From assembly GCA_963816355.1 (NCBI GenBank), contig CAWFKH010000006.1:160001-224000 (forward strand): 64,000 bases of DNA. Direction: 5' to 3'. Source of the stretch: an uncultured Gemmatimonadales bacterium (GTDB taxonomy: Bacteria > Gemmatimonadota > Gemmatimonadetes > Longimicrobiales > RSA9). Every line of letters begins with the position of its first letter. Positions within the stretch are counted from its first letter, which is position 1. A program made the position numbers and the translations under genes. This document shows positions 51,348 through 61,389 of this stretch, piece by piece. The notes below the pieces were generated by a model, which did no database searches, was not told where the DNA came from, and saw nothing but the letters and a program-made list of their open reading frames with translations.

Positions 51348-52288
51348 ACGACGACGCATTCGACGAGTTGCTGGCACGCGCGGCGCGCCGGTACAACGCG
51401 CCGCCGGAGGCGCCGCGGGAGGCGATGTGGGCGCGGATCGAAGCGGCGCGCGCCGGCCGGGAGGCCGCCGCCGCGGTCGGACACGACGGCGCGGCGGGGC
51501 CCACGGCGCCGGCCGAGCCCCGCGCGGTCGTTCCGCTGCGGCCGCGACGCGTGTCGCGCCGGGCGCTCTGGATGAGCGGCATCGCCGCGGCGCTCGTGGT
51601 GGGATTCGCGCTCGGCCATTTGCGGTGGGGCGGGGAGCGGTCGGGAAGCGGCGGCCCGCCGTCGCAAGTGGCCGCGCAGCCGGCCGCGGTGGACGCCTCC
51701 CCGGATCGCTCCGGCGGCGGCCCGGCCGAGGAGGCCGCGACGGAGCGCAGGGCGGCGGCTCCGCCGACCTCCGTGGCTGGGGGCACGCCATCGTTGGGCG
51801 GGATCGCCGACGGGCGTGCCGCGGCCCGCGAGCCGGTGGTGGCGGACGCGGCGGCACGCGGGTCCGGGGAGGTGGGCGGGACGGCGGCGGCCCGCATGGT
51901 GGCGGTGCCGCGCTCGGCCGTCGGCGAGGAGCGTGACCGCCTGGCGTTCTTCCGCGTGGCGGCGCAGAGCACGCTCGTGCAGGCGGAGGTCCTCCTCACG
52001 TCCGTGCGGACGGCGCCGGCCGCCGACTCGGCCGAGTACCGCCGCCTGGCGGAGTGGGGCCGGCAGGTGCTCTCCAGCACGCGACTGCTACTCGACTCGC
52101 CGGCGGCGGCGGATCCCGCGCTCGGGCCGCTGCTCTCGGACCTGGAGCTCGTACTCGTCCAGGTGGTGGAGCTGGCCGACGACCGCGAGACCGGGCGCGA
52201 GCTGATCGACGGCGCCGTGCGCCAGCGCGACGTGCTGCCTCGCCTGCGCTCGGCGGTACCGCCGAGCCGCGGCGTCGTGGGGAGCTGA
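51344..52288 (+). CDS. Putative single-TM anti-sigma factor
   Basis: ATGA-coupled to the sigma gene. PREAMWARIE, TM segment WMSGIAAALVVGFALG, and C-terminal LLSDLELVLVQ. Confidence 0.75.
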   Translation: MNDDAFDELLARAARRYNAPPEAPREAMWARIEAARAGREAAAAVGHDGAAGPTAPAEPRAVVPLRPRRVSRRALWMSGIAAALVVGFALGHLRWGGERSGSGGPPSQVAAQPAAVDASPDRSGGGPAEEAATERRAAAPPTSVAGGTPSLGGIADGRAAAREPVVADAAARGSGEVGGTAAARMVAVPRSAVGEERDRLAFFRVAAQSTLVQAEVLLTSVRTAPAADSAEYRRLAEWGRQVLSSTRLLLDSPAAADPALGPLLSDLELVLVQVVELADDRETGRELIDGAVRQRDVLPRLRSAVPPSRGVVGS

Positions 52289-52316
52289 ACTCGAAATCCG
52301 ACGAAGGAGACGCTCG

Positions 52317-53864
52317 ATGACAGATTCCGTGAGGGCGGCGCCACGGGCGCTGACGATCGCGGCCGTCGTGGCGGCGCTGTGGACGGCGCTCCCGGCTCCG
52401 GCCGCGGGCGTGGAGGTGGAAACCGGTGCGGCGAGATGGGCGCAGGCGGATCCGGCGGACTCGCTGTACCGGGCAGCGCGCGAGTCCCTCAACCGTGGCG
52501 ACTACGCCGCCGCGGCGCGGGCGTTCGCACGAATTCCGGGGAGGTACCCGACGTCGTCGTACGCGGGCGATGCGCTCTACTGGTTCGCGTTCACGCGCTA
52601 CCGCATGGGCGGGAGCGACGCGTATCACGCTGCGCTGGAAGCGCTCGCGAGACAGGGCGAGCTGTATCCGCACGCGGCGACGCGGGGTGATGCCAAAGCC
52701 CTCGCGGTTCGCATCCAGGGCGAGCTCGCGCGCACGGGCGATGCCGCCGCGGCCGCCGCCGTCGCATCGGCGGCGGACGTCGACGCGACGGAATCGCGGG
52801 CGCGGATCCGGGAGCAGTTGCTTGCGGCGCAGCAGGCCAATTCGGCGAGCGCGAGAGAGGCCCGCCGGCGGGCAGTCGAAGCGGGCATCGTCGCAGGTAG
52901 TGCGAGCGAGGCGCGCATCGCCGCAGGCAGTGCCAGCGCAGTGCGCGTGAGATCCGGTCTCTCCGACGGCTGCGAGCGGGACGATTACGAGGTGCGCAGC
53001 GCCGCGCTCAACGCGCTGGCACAGATGAATGCCGCGCGCGCGCTCCCGGTGCTGAAAGGCGTGGTGGCGCAGCGCGACTCGTGCTCGACGCCGCTGCGCC
53101 GGACGGCGCTCTTCCTGCTCGCGCAGCAGGGCAGCTCGGATGCGGTGGACGTGGTGATCGACGCGGCGCAGCACGATCCGGACGAAGCGGTGCGGCGACA
53201 GGCGGTCTTTGCGCTGGCGCAGGCGCCATCGCAGCCGGCGCTGGCGGCGCTTTCGTCCATCCTGCGCGGATCGAACGACGTCGACATGCAGGGGCAGGCG
53301 CTGTTTGCGCTCGCTCAGCGAAGGGAGCCGGAGGCGTCCGCGATCATTCGCGGCTATGTGACGCGGACCGGCGTGCCGGAGGAGCTCAGGGTGCGGGCGA
53401 TCCTCGCGCTGAGCCAGCGGCCGGGTCCGGCCGATGCCGAGCTGCTGCGCGGGCTGTTCGCGCAGGCGTCGTCGATGAAGGAGAAGCAGGTGATCATCCA
53501 GGCGCTCGGTCAGATGGACTCGACCGACAACGGACGCTGGCTGCTCGCCATCGCGCGCGATCGGAAGAACGACGTCGCCCTGCGCAGACAGGCGCTCTTC
53601 ATGGCCACGCAGCGCCACGACGACATCGGATCAGCGGAGCTCGCGGCGCTCTACGAGGCCATGCCCGAGCGCGAGATGCGGCAGCAGCTGATCATGGCGC
53701 TGTCGCAGCGCCGCGACATGGCGGCGGTGGACAAGCTGATCGACATCGTGCGGACCGAGAAGGATGTCGACCTGCGGAAGATGGCGATCTTCTGGCTGGG
53801 CCGCTCGCCACAGGCGGACGACCCGCGCGTGGTGCAGCTGCTGCAGGATATCATCAGTCACTAG
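52317..53864 (+). CDS. Secreted TPR + HEAT-repeat protein
   Basis: Signal peptide, BamD/TPR-like DSLYRAAR..YP.S.YAGDALYW, then repeated R..A(L/V)F.L.Q HEAT units. Confidence 0.85.
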   Translation: MTDSVRAAPRALTIAAVVAALWTALPAPAAGVEVETGAARWAQADPADSLYRAARESLNRGDYAAAARAFARIPGRYPTSSYAGDALYWFAFTRYRMGGSDAYHAALEALARQGELYPHAATRGDAKALAVRIQGELARTGDAAAAAAVASAADVDATESRARIREQLLAAQQANSASAREARRRAVEAGIVAGSASEARIAAGSASAVRVRSGLSDGCERDDYEVRSAALNALAQMNAARALPVLKGVVAQRDSCSTPLRRTALFLLAQQGSSDAVDVVIDAAQHDPDEAVRRQAVFALAQAPSQPALAALSSILRGSNDVDMQGQALFALAQRREPEASAIIRGYVTRTGVPEELRVRAILALSQRPGPADAELLRGLFAQASSMKEKQVIIQALGQMDSTDNGRWLLAIARDRKNDVALRRQALFMATQRHDDIGSAELAALYEAMPEREMRQQLIMALSQRRDMAAVDKLIDIVRTEKDVDLRKMAIFWLGRSPQADDPRVVQLLQDIISH

Positions 53865-55560
53865 CCGCGCCAGCGGAATCGACCGCCGGTGCGCCCCCGT
53901 CTCCCGGCGCACCGGCGGCATCCGCCGCGGTCGGTTCCGCCGGCGTCACCCACCACTCCTTCACGTTGATGAAGGTGCCGCGCACGTCCATGTCGGTGCC
54001 CATCAGTCGGTCGCGCGCGACGTAGAGGATCGGGTAGTAGAAGAGGATCGACCACGGCTGGTCCTCGCGCAGGATCGACTGCAGCCGGTTCCACAGCGGC
54101 TGCGCGCGATCGCGGTCGGCGATCACGGCGAGGCTGTCGAGGAGCGTGTCGACGTGCGGGTTCGCGTACGATGCGATCTGCTCCGGGTTGCCGAGCGCGG
54201 CGGAGTGGAAGAGGTCGTGGAGGTTGAGGCCGAAGTCGGCGTCCCAGGCGAGCAGCACCGCGTCGAAGCGGCGCTGGGGCGAGAGCGCGTCCTGGATGAG
54301 CGTCGCGTAGTCGGTCGGCGCGACTTCCATGCGCACGCCGATCCCGGCGAGGTCCGACTGGATCATCGTGGCGGCGTCGCGGTTGAAGTCGTTGCCCGCC
54401 GGAATCTCGAGCGAGAAACGGAACGGCTTGCCGTCGGGGCCGAGCATGGCGCCGTCGGCGCGGCGGTGGAAGCCCGCCTCGGCGAGCAGGCGGACGGCGG
54501 CGGCGGTGTCGTAGGGAAGCGGCGTCGCGGTGCTGTCGTACGCCCAGTAGGAGGGCGGCACCGGGACCGACGCGAGCTGCCCCTTTCCGGCTCGCAGCGC
54601 GTTCATGATGTCGGCCCGGTCGATGGCGATGGTCAGCGCGCGCCGCACGCGCGCGTCGTCGAAGGGCGCCCGCTTCCCGTTCCAGCCGACGAAGCCGTAG
54701 CGCAGCGACGGCCGCACGATGGCGTGCAGCCCCGGCCGCGCGTCCAGCTCCGTCAGGCGCTGGGGCGGCACGACGAGCGCGAGGTCCGCGCCGCCGGTCA
54801 GCAGCTCGGTGATCTCCGCGTTCGCGTCCGGCACCACGCGCCACACGATACGGTCCAGGTTCGGCCGGCCGCCCAGCGACGGCGCGAAGGTCTCGTTCGC
54901 GACGAAGACCCAGCGGTCGTTCGCCGACTGGGACGCGACGGTGAACGGGCCGTCGCCGACCGGCGCCCGGTTGAACGGCGTCTGCCGCAGGCGCTCCGGC
55001 GGGACGGTGTCCAGCACGTGGCGCGGCACGATCGGCAGCAGGGGCACGCCGACGAGTGGATCCGCTACGGCGCTCAGCGGGAAGCGGACGGTGAAGGAGT
55101 CCACGACCTGCGACGGTCCCCAGGCGGCGAAGTACTGTGCGCTCTGATATGCCGTCGCCGGATCGCGCGCGCGGTCGATCGTGAATGCCGCGTCGTAGGC
55201 GGTCACCGGCTCGCCGTCCGTCCACCGCGCGTCGCGGCGTAGGTGGAAGACGACCGCCGTGTCGCCGCTCATGTCGAACGACTCCGCCAGGGCGGGCCCG
55301 TACTCGAGGTCCGGCGTGTAGCGAAGGAGCGGCAGGAAGAGGAGATAGCGGTTGACCTCCTGGGCGTACGCGTCGGCGGCGACCAGGGGATTCGCGGCGT
55401 CCAGATCCGTCGGCGAGACGATCACCACGGTCCCGCCGCGACGGCCCTCTCGCTCCGTCGAAGCGGGGCGATCGCGTCCGCACGCCGCCATGGAAAGGAG
55501 CACGGCCGTCGCCGCCGCGGCCACCTCCAGGCGCCGAAGCACTGGGCGAAGTCGCTTCAT
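53854..55560 (-). CDS. ABC transporter peptide-binding lipoprotein (SBP family 5)
   Basis: Lipobox MAAC, LAES, FHLRRDARWTDG, PVGDGPF and VRRALTIAIDR. Confidence 0.92.
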   Translation of the reverse strand: MKRLRPVLRRLEVAAAATAVLLSMAACGRDRPASTEREGRRGGTVVIVSPTDLDAANPLVAADAYAQEVNRYLLFLPLLRYTPDLEYGPALAESFDMSGDTAVVFHLRRDARWTDGEPVTAYDAAFTIDRARDPATAYQSAQYFAAWGPSQVVDSFTVRFPLSAVADPLVGVPLLPIVPRHVLDTVPPERLRQTPFNRAPVGDGPFTVASQSANDRWVFVANETFAPSLGGRPNLDRIVWRVVPDANAEITELLTGGADLALVVPPQRLTELDARPGLHAIVRPSLRYGFVGWNGKRAPFDDARVRRALTIAIDRADIMNALRAGKGQLASVPVPPSYWAYDSTATPLPYDTAAAVRLLAEAGFHRRADGAMLGPDGKPFRFSLEIPAGNDFNRDAATMIQSDLAGIGVRMEVAPTDYATLIQDALSPQRRFDAVLLAWDADFGLNLHDLFHSAALGNPEQIASYANPHVDTLLDSLAVIADRDRAQPLWNRLQSILREDQPWSILFYYPILYVARDRLMGTDMDVRGTFINVKEWWVTPAEPTAADAAGAPGDGGAPAVDSAGAASD

Positions 55561-55680
55561 CGAGCCATCCACCGTTGCTGTTCGTTGGGGTGGCTGAATA
55601 CTGACGCGGCCAACGGCGATCGGCAAGGCCTCGCGCGCCGTCTCAACGCCGGGCCGGTGCGGCGTCGAGACGGCGCGGCT

Positions 55681-57411
55681 TCACTCCTGCGCGCCGCCGC
55701 CCGAGGCGGTGCTCGGCGCGCCGTCGGCATCGAGGATCGCGCGGCCGTCGAGGTCGTCCGGGACGGGGACGCCGGCGAGGCGCGCGAGGGTCGGCGCGAT
55801 GTCGACGGTGGCGACGTGGCGCCGCACGCGCGCGGCCGGGATGCCGTCGCCGAGGAAGATCAGCGGAACCCAGCGGTCGTAGTGGTACGGCGAGCCGTGC
55901 GTGGTGCCGCGAGGCGCGCCGCTCAGGATGTCACCCGGCTGCAGACGGATCTCGATGCCGATCGAGCCGAACGCGTCCGGGACCCGGTCGCGGCGGAAGG
56001 AGTGGCGGAAGAGCGTGACGAAGGAATCCGCGGGCGCGCCGCTTTCGAGCTCGCGGTAGGTGATCGCGTCAGCGACGAAGTCGAAGCGCTCGGCGGCGCT
56101 CGCCGCGCGCTCCTGCGCGGCGGCCGAGGGCTCGCCGGCGGCCCCGGCCGCGGCGTCGTCGCCCGCCTCGGCGGCGCGCGCGGCCTGCAGCGCCTGCCGG
56201 AGCTCGGCGCTGGAGACGCGGCGGCCGGGCTCGCCCATGCGCTCGCGGACCTCGGGCTGCGGCAGCACGCCGTGGTCGGCGGAGAGCACCGCGACCCAGC
56301 GGCCGCGGCCGACCGTGCGGTCGAGGTAGGCGAAGAAATCCCCCAGCTCACGGTCGAGCCGCAGCAGGTTGTCGAGCTGCTCGCGGCTGAAGGGGCCGTA
56401 GCCGTGGCCGACGTAGTCGGTCTGCGACAGGCCGACGGAGAGGTAGTCCGGCACGTCGTCGGCGCCGAGATGGTCGTTGGCGATCGCCGCGCGCGCGAGT
56501 CCGAGCACGGCGCGGTCGACGAACGGGGTGCCGCCCACCCACTCGGCGAAGGCGCCGGGCCGGCCGTGGCGGCCCTCGTCCGCGAAGCGGTGCGGGAAGG
56601 CGGAGTGGACGCCGTCGCCTTCCCAGGTGGCGGTGTCGCCCTCCGTGAGCGGGCGCCAGCGCGCGGGCACCGAGTCGCGCCAGACGGAGTCGCCGAGCAG
56701 CGTCGGCAGGCGCTCTTCCTGGAACGCGCTCACCCAAGCGGGCAGCGTGTCCATGTAGTACGTCGACGAGACGAAGCGACCGGTCGCGTGGTCGAACCAG
56801 TACGCCTGGCCGTGTGCCTTCCCGAGCATCAGGATCGCCGAACGGTCCTTACCCGAGACCGACACGGCGCGCGCGGCCGGATAACGCGCCACCAGCCAGT
56901 CGGCGAAGCCGCTGTGCAGCAGGTTGCGCGGCGAGCGGCCCTGCTCGCCGGGCGCCCCCACGATGGCGACGCTCGTGTCCTCGACGCAGTACATTCTCGC
57001 GGCGCCCGGCTCCGTGCCCATGAGCCAGTCGTTTGCGACGATGCCGCTGTGCGACGGGTAGACGCCGGTGCCGAGCGTTGCGTGCCCTGGACCGGTTTCG
57101 GTGGCGGCGTGGTCGTGCGTCGCGTCGGTGAAGACGACGCCGTCGTCGAGGAGGCGACGGAAGGCGCCGGTGAAGAGCGAATCGTAGCGCGCGACGAGGT
57201 AGGCGGGGAGCTGATCGACGGAGAGCAGCACGAGGAGGCGCGGCGGTGTCGCGTCCGCGGCCGCCCCGGGCGTGGGCGGGGTAGGCGTCGCGGTTGCGGC
57301 GGGCGCGCCGGGGGCAACCGGCGCGCCGGGGTCCACGGACGTGCCGGGTGCGGCGGTGGCGCAGGCGAGCGCGAGGGCGGCGGCGGTGAGCGTCGGGGTC
57401 GTCCGTGCCAT
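55681..57411 (-). CDS. Alkaline phosphatase superfamily protein, PafA-like (Thr nucleophile)
   Basis: SVDQ, TETGPGHATLGTG, KDRSA, TDYVGHGYGP, SADHG and THGSPY. Confidence 0.9.
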   Translation of the reverse strand: MARTTPTLTAAALALACATAAPGTSVDPGAPVAPGAPAATATPTPPTPGAAADATPPRLLVLLSVDQLPAYLVARYDSLFTGAFRRLLDDGVVFTDATHDHAATETGPGHATLGTGVYPSHSGIVANDWLMGTEPGAARMYCVEDTSVAIVGAPGEQGRSPRNLLHSGFADWLVARYPAARAVSVSGKDRSAILMLGKAHGQAYWFDHATGRFVSSTYYMDTLPAWVSAFQEERLPTLLGDSVWRDSVPARWRPLTEGDTATWEGDGVHSAFPHRFADEGRHGRPGAFAEWVGGTPFVDRAVLGLARAAIANDHLGADDVPDYLSVGLSQTDYVGHGYGPFSREQLDNLLRLDRELGDFFAYLDRTVGRGRWVAVLSADHGVLPQPEVRERMGEPGRRVSSAELRQALQAARAAEAGDDAAAGAAGEPSAAAQERAASAAERFDFVADAITYRELESGAPADSFVTLFRHSFRRDRVPDAFGSIGIEIRLQPGDILSGAPRGTTHGSPYHYDRWVPLIFLGDGIPAARVRRHVATVDIAPTLARLAGVPVPDDLDGRAILDADGAPSTASGGGAQE

Positions 57412-57422
57412 GGGTCGTCTCC

Positions 57423-60041
57423 TCAGTGTGCGCGCTGCCACTCGAGCGTGGACATGCGGTGCGTGCCCGGGTAGGGCGTGTCCTTCCCCTTGACGACGTC
57501 CCAGAGGATGCGGTTGAAGAGGTCGTCGTCGGAGCTGTCCTCGAAACGGAGGTCGAGGCGGCGCGAGTCGCGCGCGCCGGGATTGGAGGCGGCGTTGCGC
57601 TCGTCGAGAGGGACGCCCGGGCGGAGCGCGTCGTAGGGACGCGCGTCGGGCGTCGCCGTGAAGACGTCGCGCAGCGGATGGCCGTAGTAGTCGAACTGGG
57701 AGAGGCTGCCGAGGCCGAGGATCTCCGAGATGGTGGCGATCACGTCCGTCGTGTTGGCGAAGCGGTGGTTCACGCCGGGCCGGCTGTAGGGCGAGATCAC
57801 GAGGAACGGGGCGCGGTGGGAGTCGACGTGGTCGGGTCCGTTCTGCGCGTCGTCTTCGACGACGAACACGACGGTGCGCGGCCAGAAGCGGGAGTGCGAG
57901 ATCGCCTCCACGACGCGCCCCAGCGCCAGGTCGTTATCGGCCATGTAGGCGCGCGGCGTCGGCTCGCCCGGCCGCCCGCCGGCGGTGTGGTCGTTGGGCA
58001 GCCGCATCACGACGAGCTGCGGCATGCGGCCGGCGCGCTCGAAGCCGTGCAGCTCGTCGATGAAGATGTCGGCGCGCCGCTGGTCGGGGATGGCGAGGTC
58101 GAAGCCGGCGAAGTCGCGATTGGTGTGCGCGGCGAGGAACGGCTTCGCGCCGCGGTAGCCAGCGGGCATGCGGTCGTCCGCGTCGACGTCGTCCGGCACG
58201 ACGAACTCGCCGTAGTTGCGGAAGGTGATGCCCGCCCGGTTGGCGAGGTCCCAGATGTAGCCGTTGGCGGGCTCGGCCACGTCCTCGTCGAGCTGGGGCA
58301 CGACGCCGCGGTTGGTGCCTTCGTAGTCGTAGGGTGCGCGCCGGCCCGAATAGTTCGACTCGACGGTCTTCTCGAGGTAGTCGGTGGCGTACGCGGCGGT
58401 CGACCAGTTGTGCCCGTCCGCGCTCACCTCGGCGTTGACGAGGAAGCGGTCGTAGAGGCCGAAGCGGTCGGCGAGCGCGTGGTGGTTGGGCGACACCGTT
58501 CGTGGGAAGAAGACGAGCGCGCTGTCGCCATCGCCCTCCGGCACGTCGCCGAACACCTGGTCGAAGGTCCGGTTCTCCTTGATGATGTAGACGACGTGCT
58601 CGAACGGCGGGTAGGTGGCGCCGGCGGAATGGCGCCGGTCCCAGCCGTTCGCCGCCGCGACCCGCCGCGCGTAGCCCGCCAGCGTCGCCGAGTCGGCGGA
58701 GGCGCCGGTCGCGATCGTCCGCAGCGTGCCCGAGAGCTGGCCGAGCGTGTAGCTGCGGCTGTCGCGCGGGCGCGCTTCGCCCGGCTGCGCGTTGGACGGG
58801 TTCGGCCCCGTCCGGGTGCCCTTGCCGCACACCACGAGCAGCGTGTCGCCGCTCACTCCGACCGCCGTCGGATACCAGTCGACCGGAAGGCGGCCGGCGA
58901 GCCGGTCCGTGCCGGGACCCGAGCCGGTGCCCGACGTGCGCGGCGAGAGGTCGAAGACCGCGACCGCGTTCACGTCCGCTTCCGCGATGAAGAGCCGCGT
59001 TCCGTCCGGCGAGAGCGCGAGCGCGTTCGGTGTGCTCCCCTCGCCGGGGCCCGCCGGCGGCGGGTCGAGCAGCTCCGTGAGCACGCGGCGCGCCCGCGTG
59101 TCGACGACCACCACTCGGTCCGTCGTCGCGGAGGCGACGAAAAGCCGCGAGCCGCCGGCGCCCAGAAGCAGCGCGGAGGGATGCCGGCCCACCAGGATGC
59201 GCCCCTCGTCGCGCAGCGCGCCGCCGGCCGCCGGCGCGAACACGGAGACGGTGTGGCCGCCCCACGCCGACACGTAGACGGTGCCGTCGGCGGCGGCCGC
59301 GACGCCGTACGGGTAGCGCCCCGTCGCGAGCCGCTGCACGACGCCGCCGCTGGCGACGTCCACGACGGCGAGCGAGTCGGCGATGTTCTCTGCGACGTAG
59401 AGCCGCCGGCCGTCCGGCGAAAGCGCAATGCCGGCGGGGTAGCGCACGCCCAGTTGACGCCGCTGCGTCCGCGTCCGCGGCTCGCCGGGCGCGGTGCCAC
59501 GCACCGTGGTCGGCGGCGCCAGACGAAGGCTGTCGCGCAACGTCGCCCTGCCGCCGTTCCAGTCGTAGCGATAGACGACGTCCTGATTTCCGCCGGAGGC
59601 ATAGAGCGTGCGCCCGTCCGGGGCGAACGCGAGGCCGAGGAACGCCGCCGGCTGCACCACCGTCTGCACGACGCGGCCCGATGCGCGGTCGACCACCTGC
59701 AGCCCCTGGTCCCGCCAACCGCTCAACAGCACGACCGCCTCCCGCCCCCCCGGGGCGAGCGCGATCGACAGCGGCAGCGAACCCAGGTCCGTGCGCGCTC
59801 CGGTCGGGTCGAGACGGCGTCCGGTCGGCAGCGGCAGCTCCGCCTCCGCCAGCGCGGGCGCGGCGGCCGCGGGCGCGGACGCAGCCTCGGGCGCGGACGC
59901 GGGTGAAGCGGTGTCTGACGCGGCCGCCCGCGGCGCGGGCGAAGGCCCCGGTGCCGACGTACAGCCCGCGACCAGCAGCAGGGCGCCGAGCGCGGCGCGG
60001 GCGAGGGTGGAGCACGGGTGCGGGCGGATGGGCGTCGTCAT
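57423..60041 (-). CDS. YncE/YVTN beta-propeller + phosphoesterase lipoprotein
   Basis: Lipobox VAGC, YVTN-type repeats, IIKENRTFDQ, SADGHNW, PNDHT, DNDLALG and EDDAQNGPDHVD. Confidence 0.9.
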   Translation of the reverse strand: MTTPIRPHPCSTLARAALGALLLVAGCTSAPGPSPAPRAAASDTASPASAPEAASAPAAAAPALAEAELPLPTGRRLDPTGARTDLGSLPLSIALAPGGREAVVLLSGWRDQGLQVVDRASGRVVQTVVQPAAFLGLAFAPDGRTLYASGGNQDVVYRYDWNGGRATLRDSLRLAPPTTVRGTAPGEPRTRTQRRQLGVRYPAGIALSPDGRRLYVAENIADSLAVVDVASGGVVQRLATGRYPYGVAAAADGTVYVSAWGGHTVSVFAPAAGGALRDEGRILVGRHPSALLLGAGGSRLFVASATTDRVVVVDTRARRVLTELLDPPPAGPGEGSTPNALALSPDGTRLFIAEADVNAVAVFDLSPRTSGTGSGPGTDRLAGRLPVDWYPTAVGVSGDTLLVVCGKGTRTGPNPSNAQPGEARPRDSRSYTLGQLSGTLRTIATGASADSATLAGYARRVAAANGWDRRHSAGATYPPFEHVVYIIKENRTFDQVFGDVPEGDGDSALVFFPRTVSPNHHALADRFGLYDRFLVNAEVSADGHNWSTAAYATDYLEKTVESNYSGRRAPYDYEGTNRGVVPQLDEDVAEPANGYIWDLANRAGITFRNYGEFVVPDDVDADDRMPAGYRGAKPFLAAHTNRDFAGFDLAIPDQRRADIFIDELHGFERAGRMPQLVVMRLPNDHTAGGRPGEPTPRAYMADNDLALGRVVEAISHSRFWPRTVVFVVEDDAQNGPDHVDSHRAPFLVISPYSRPGVNHRFANTTDVIATISEILGLGSLSQFDYYGHPLRDVFTATPDARPYDALRPGVPLDERNAASNPGARDSRRLDLRFEDSSDDDLFNRILWDVVKGKDTPYPGTHRMSTLEWQRAH

Positions 60042-60223
60042 CACGAGTCTCGAGTCGGGGGTCGGTCCGTCGCCGGGGTAATCTACCCGAATCGCGGCGA
60101 GGGTCCACCCGCCCGTGTCACGGGGGCTTCGCGTTCCGGACGGGAGCCGGTTACAATGCTCGCCGCGCGAGGCGAAAAGCGCACGGGCGCGCCACGATTC
60201 CGCTAAACGGGAGGCATCCACAG

Positions 60224-60805
60224 ATGCGGCGGTCGATCATCACCTTCTTCCTGACGATCATCGGCGTGGGCATCCTGCTCCTCGCCTTCGTCTTCTCCGG
60301 CTCCTACGACATCGGGGCGACGTCGCCGCACACGCGCCCGGTGCGACGCCTGATCGGCATCCTGACCGACCGCTCGATCAAGCACCACGCGGCAGCGATC
60401 CAGGCGTCGCCGCTCGACCGCGCCGACCTCGCCGAAGGCGCCGCGCACTACGACGACATGTGCGCCGTCTGCCACGGCGAGCCCGGCAGCGACGAGCGGA
60501 GCGCGATCGCGCAGGGCCTCTATCCGCGCCCGCCTCGCCTCCGCCGCACCGACGACTGGAGCGACGCCGACCTCTTCTGGATGATTAAGAACGGGATCAA
60601 GATGACCGGCATGCCGGCCTTCGGCGCCACGCACAGCGACGAGGAGATGTGGAGCCTCGTCGCGTTCGTCCGCAAGAAGGGCGAGATGAGCGCGCAGGAG
60701 TACCACGACCTCGTCCGGCGCGGGGCGGGCGCGGAGGGCGCGGTGGGCGCGGTGGGCGCGGCGCAGCCGGCCGCGGCGGCTGATTCCAGCCGTTCGGGGA
60801 GATAA
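60224..60805 (+). CDS. Membrane-anchored monoheme cytochrome c
   Basis: N-terminal TM, CAVCH and GIKMTGMPAFG; GGAGG RBS. Confidence 0.92.
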   Translation: MRRSIITFFLTIIGVGILLLAFVFSGSYDIGATSPHTRPVRRLIGILTDRSIKHHAAAIQASPLDRADLAEGAAHYDDMCAVCHGEPGSDERSAIAQGLYPRPPRLRRTDDWSDADLFWMIKNGIKMTGMPAFGATHSDEEMWSLVAFVRKKGEMSAQEYHDLVRRGAGAEGAVGAVGAAQPAAAADSSRSGR

Positions 60806-61389
60806 CGGAGGGAGGGGAGGGCGCGGAGGGCGCGGAGGGCGCGGAGCGACTTCTCGTCGCGGAGAGGTCGGAGAGTCGGAGGGCACGGAGGAGGGGTCGG
60901 TCGTGGATGCCTCGGCGGGAAGCCTCGCCGCGCAGTGTCACGACCCGCCCGGTCGGCACGCCGCCTGTGTATCCGGCTGTCGCGCTGCCGGCGCTTCCAC
61001 GCGCGCGGATGCGCGGCGCCGCCGGCCACTGTCGCATCCGCGCCCTCTGCGCGACTCTTCAAACCCCGAGAGCCCGGGCCCGCGGCCCAGCGAGAAGAAT
61101 CTCGTAATCGACGCCGGTCCGATCATCGCCATCTGGTTTTTTCTCGGAATCCGGGAAGAATCTCGTAATGGTCGGGCGCTCACCGGATCTCTCTCGAGAT
61201 TGTGCTCGCTTTCCGAGACAAATCCGGATGGCGATCCGGGAGCGGACGTCCATTACGAGAAATTGCTCGCTCTGCAGGAGGCTGCTCCACGCCGGCCACC
61301 CTGCGCGGCGCCGCACGCCGCGGCTCCGCACACGCCGCGGCTCCGCACCCGCCGCCGCTCCGCGCCCTCCGCCGCTCCGCGCCCTCCGC
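60806..61389. repeat. Composite intergenic repeat: outer GGAGGGCGC/GCGCCCTCC inverted arms plus three internal ~61-bp units
   Basis: GCGGAGGGCGCGGAGC at 60832-60847 is the reverse complement of 61357-61372 and 61374-61389. Units containing TCTCGTAAT lie at 61090 (+), 61152 (+) and 61210-61270 (-). Confidence 0.8.
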
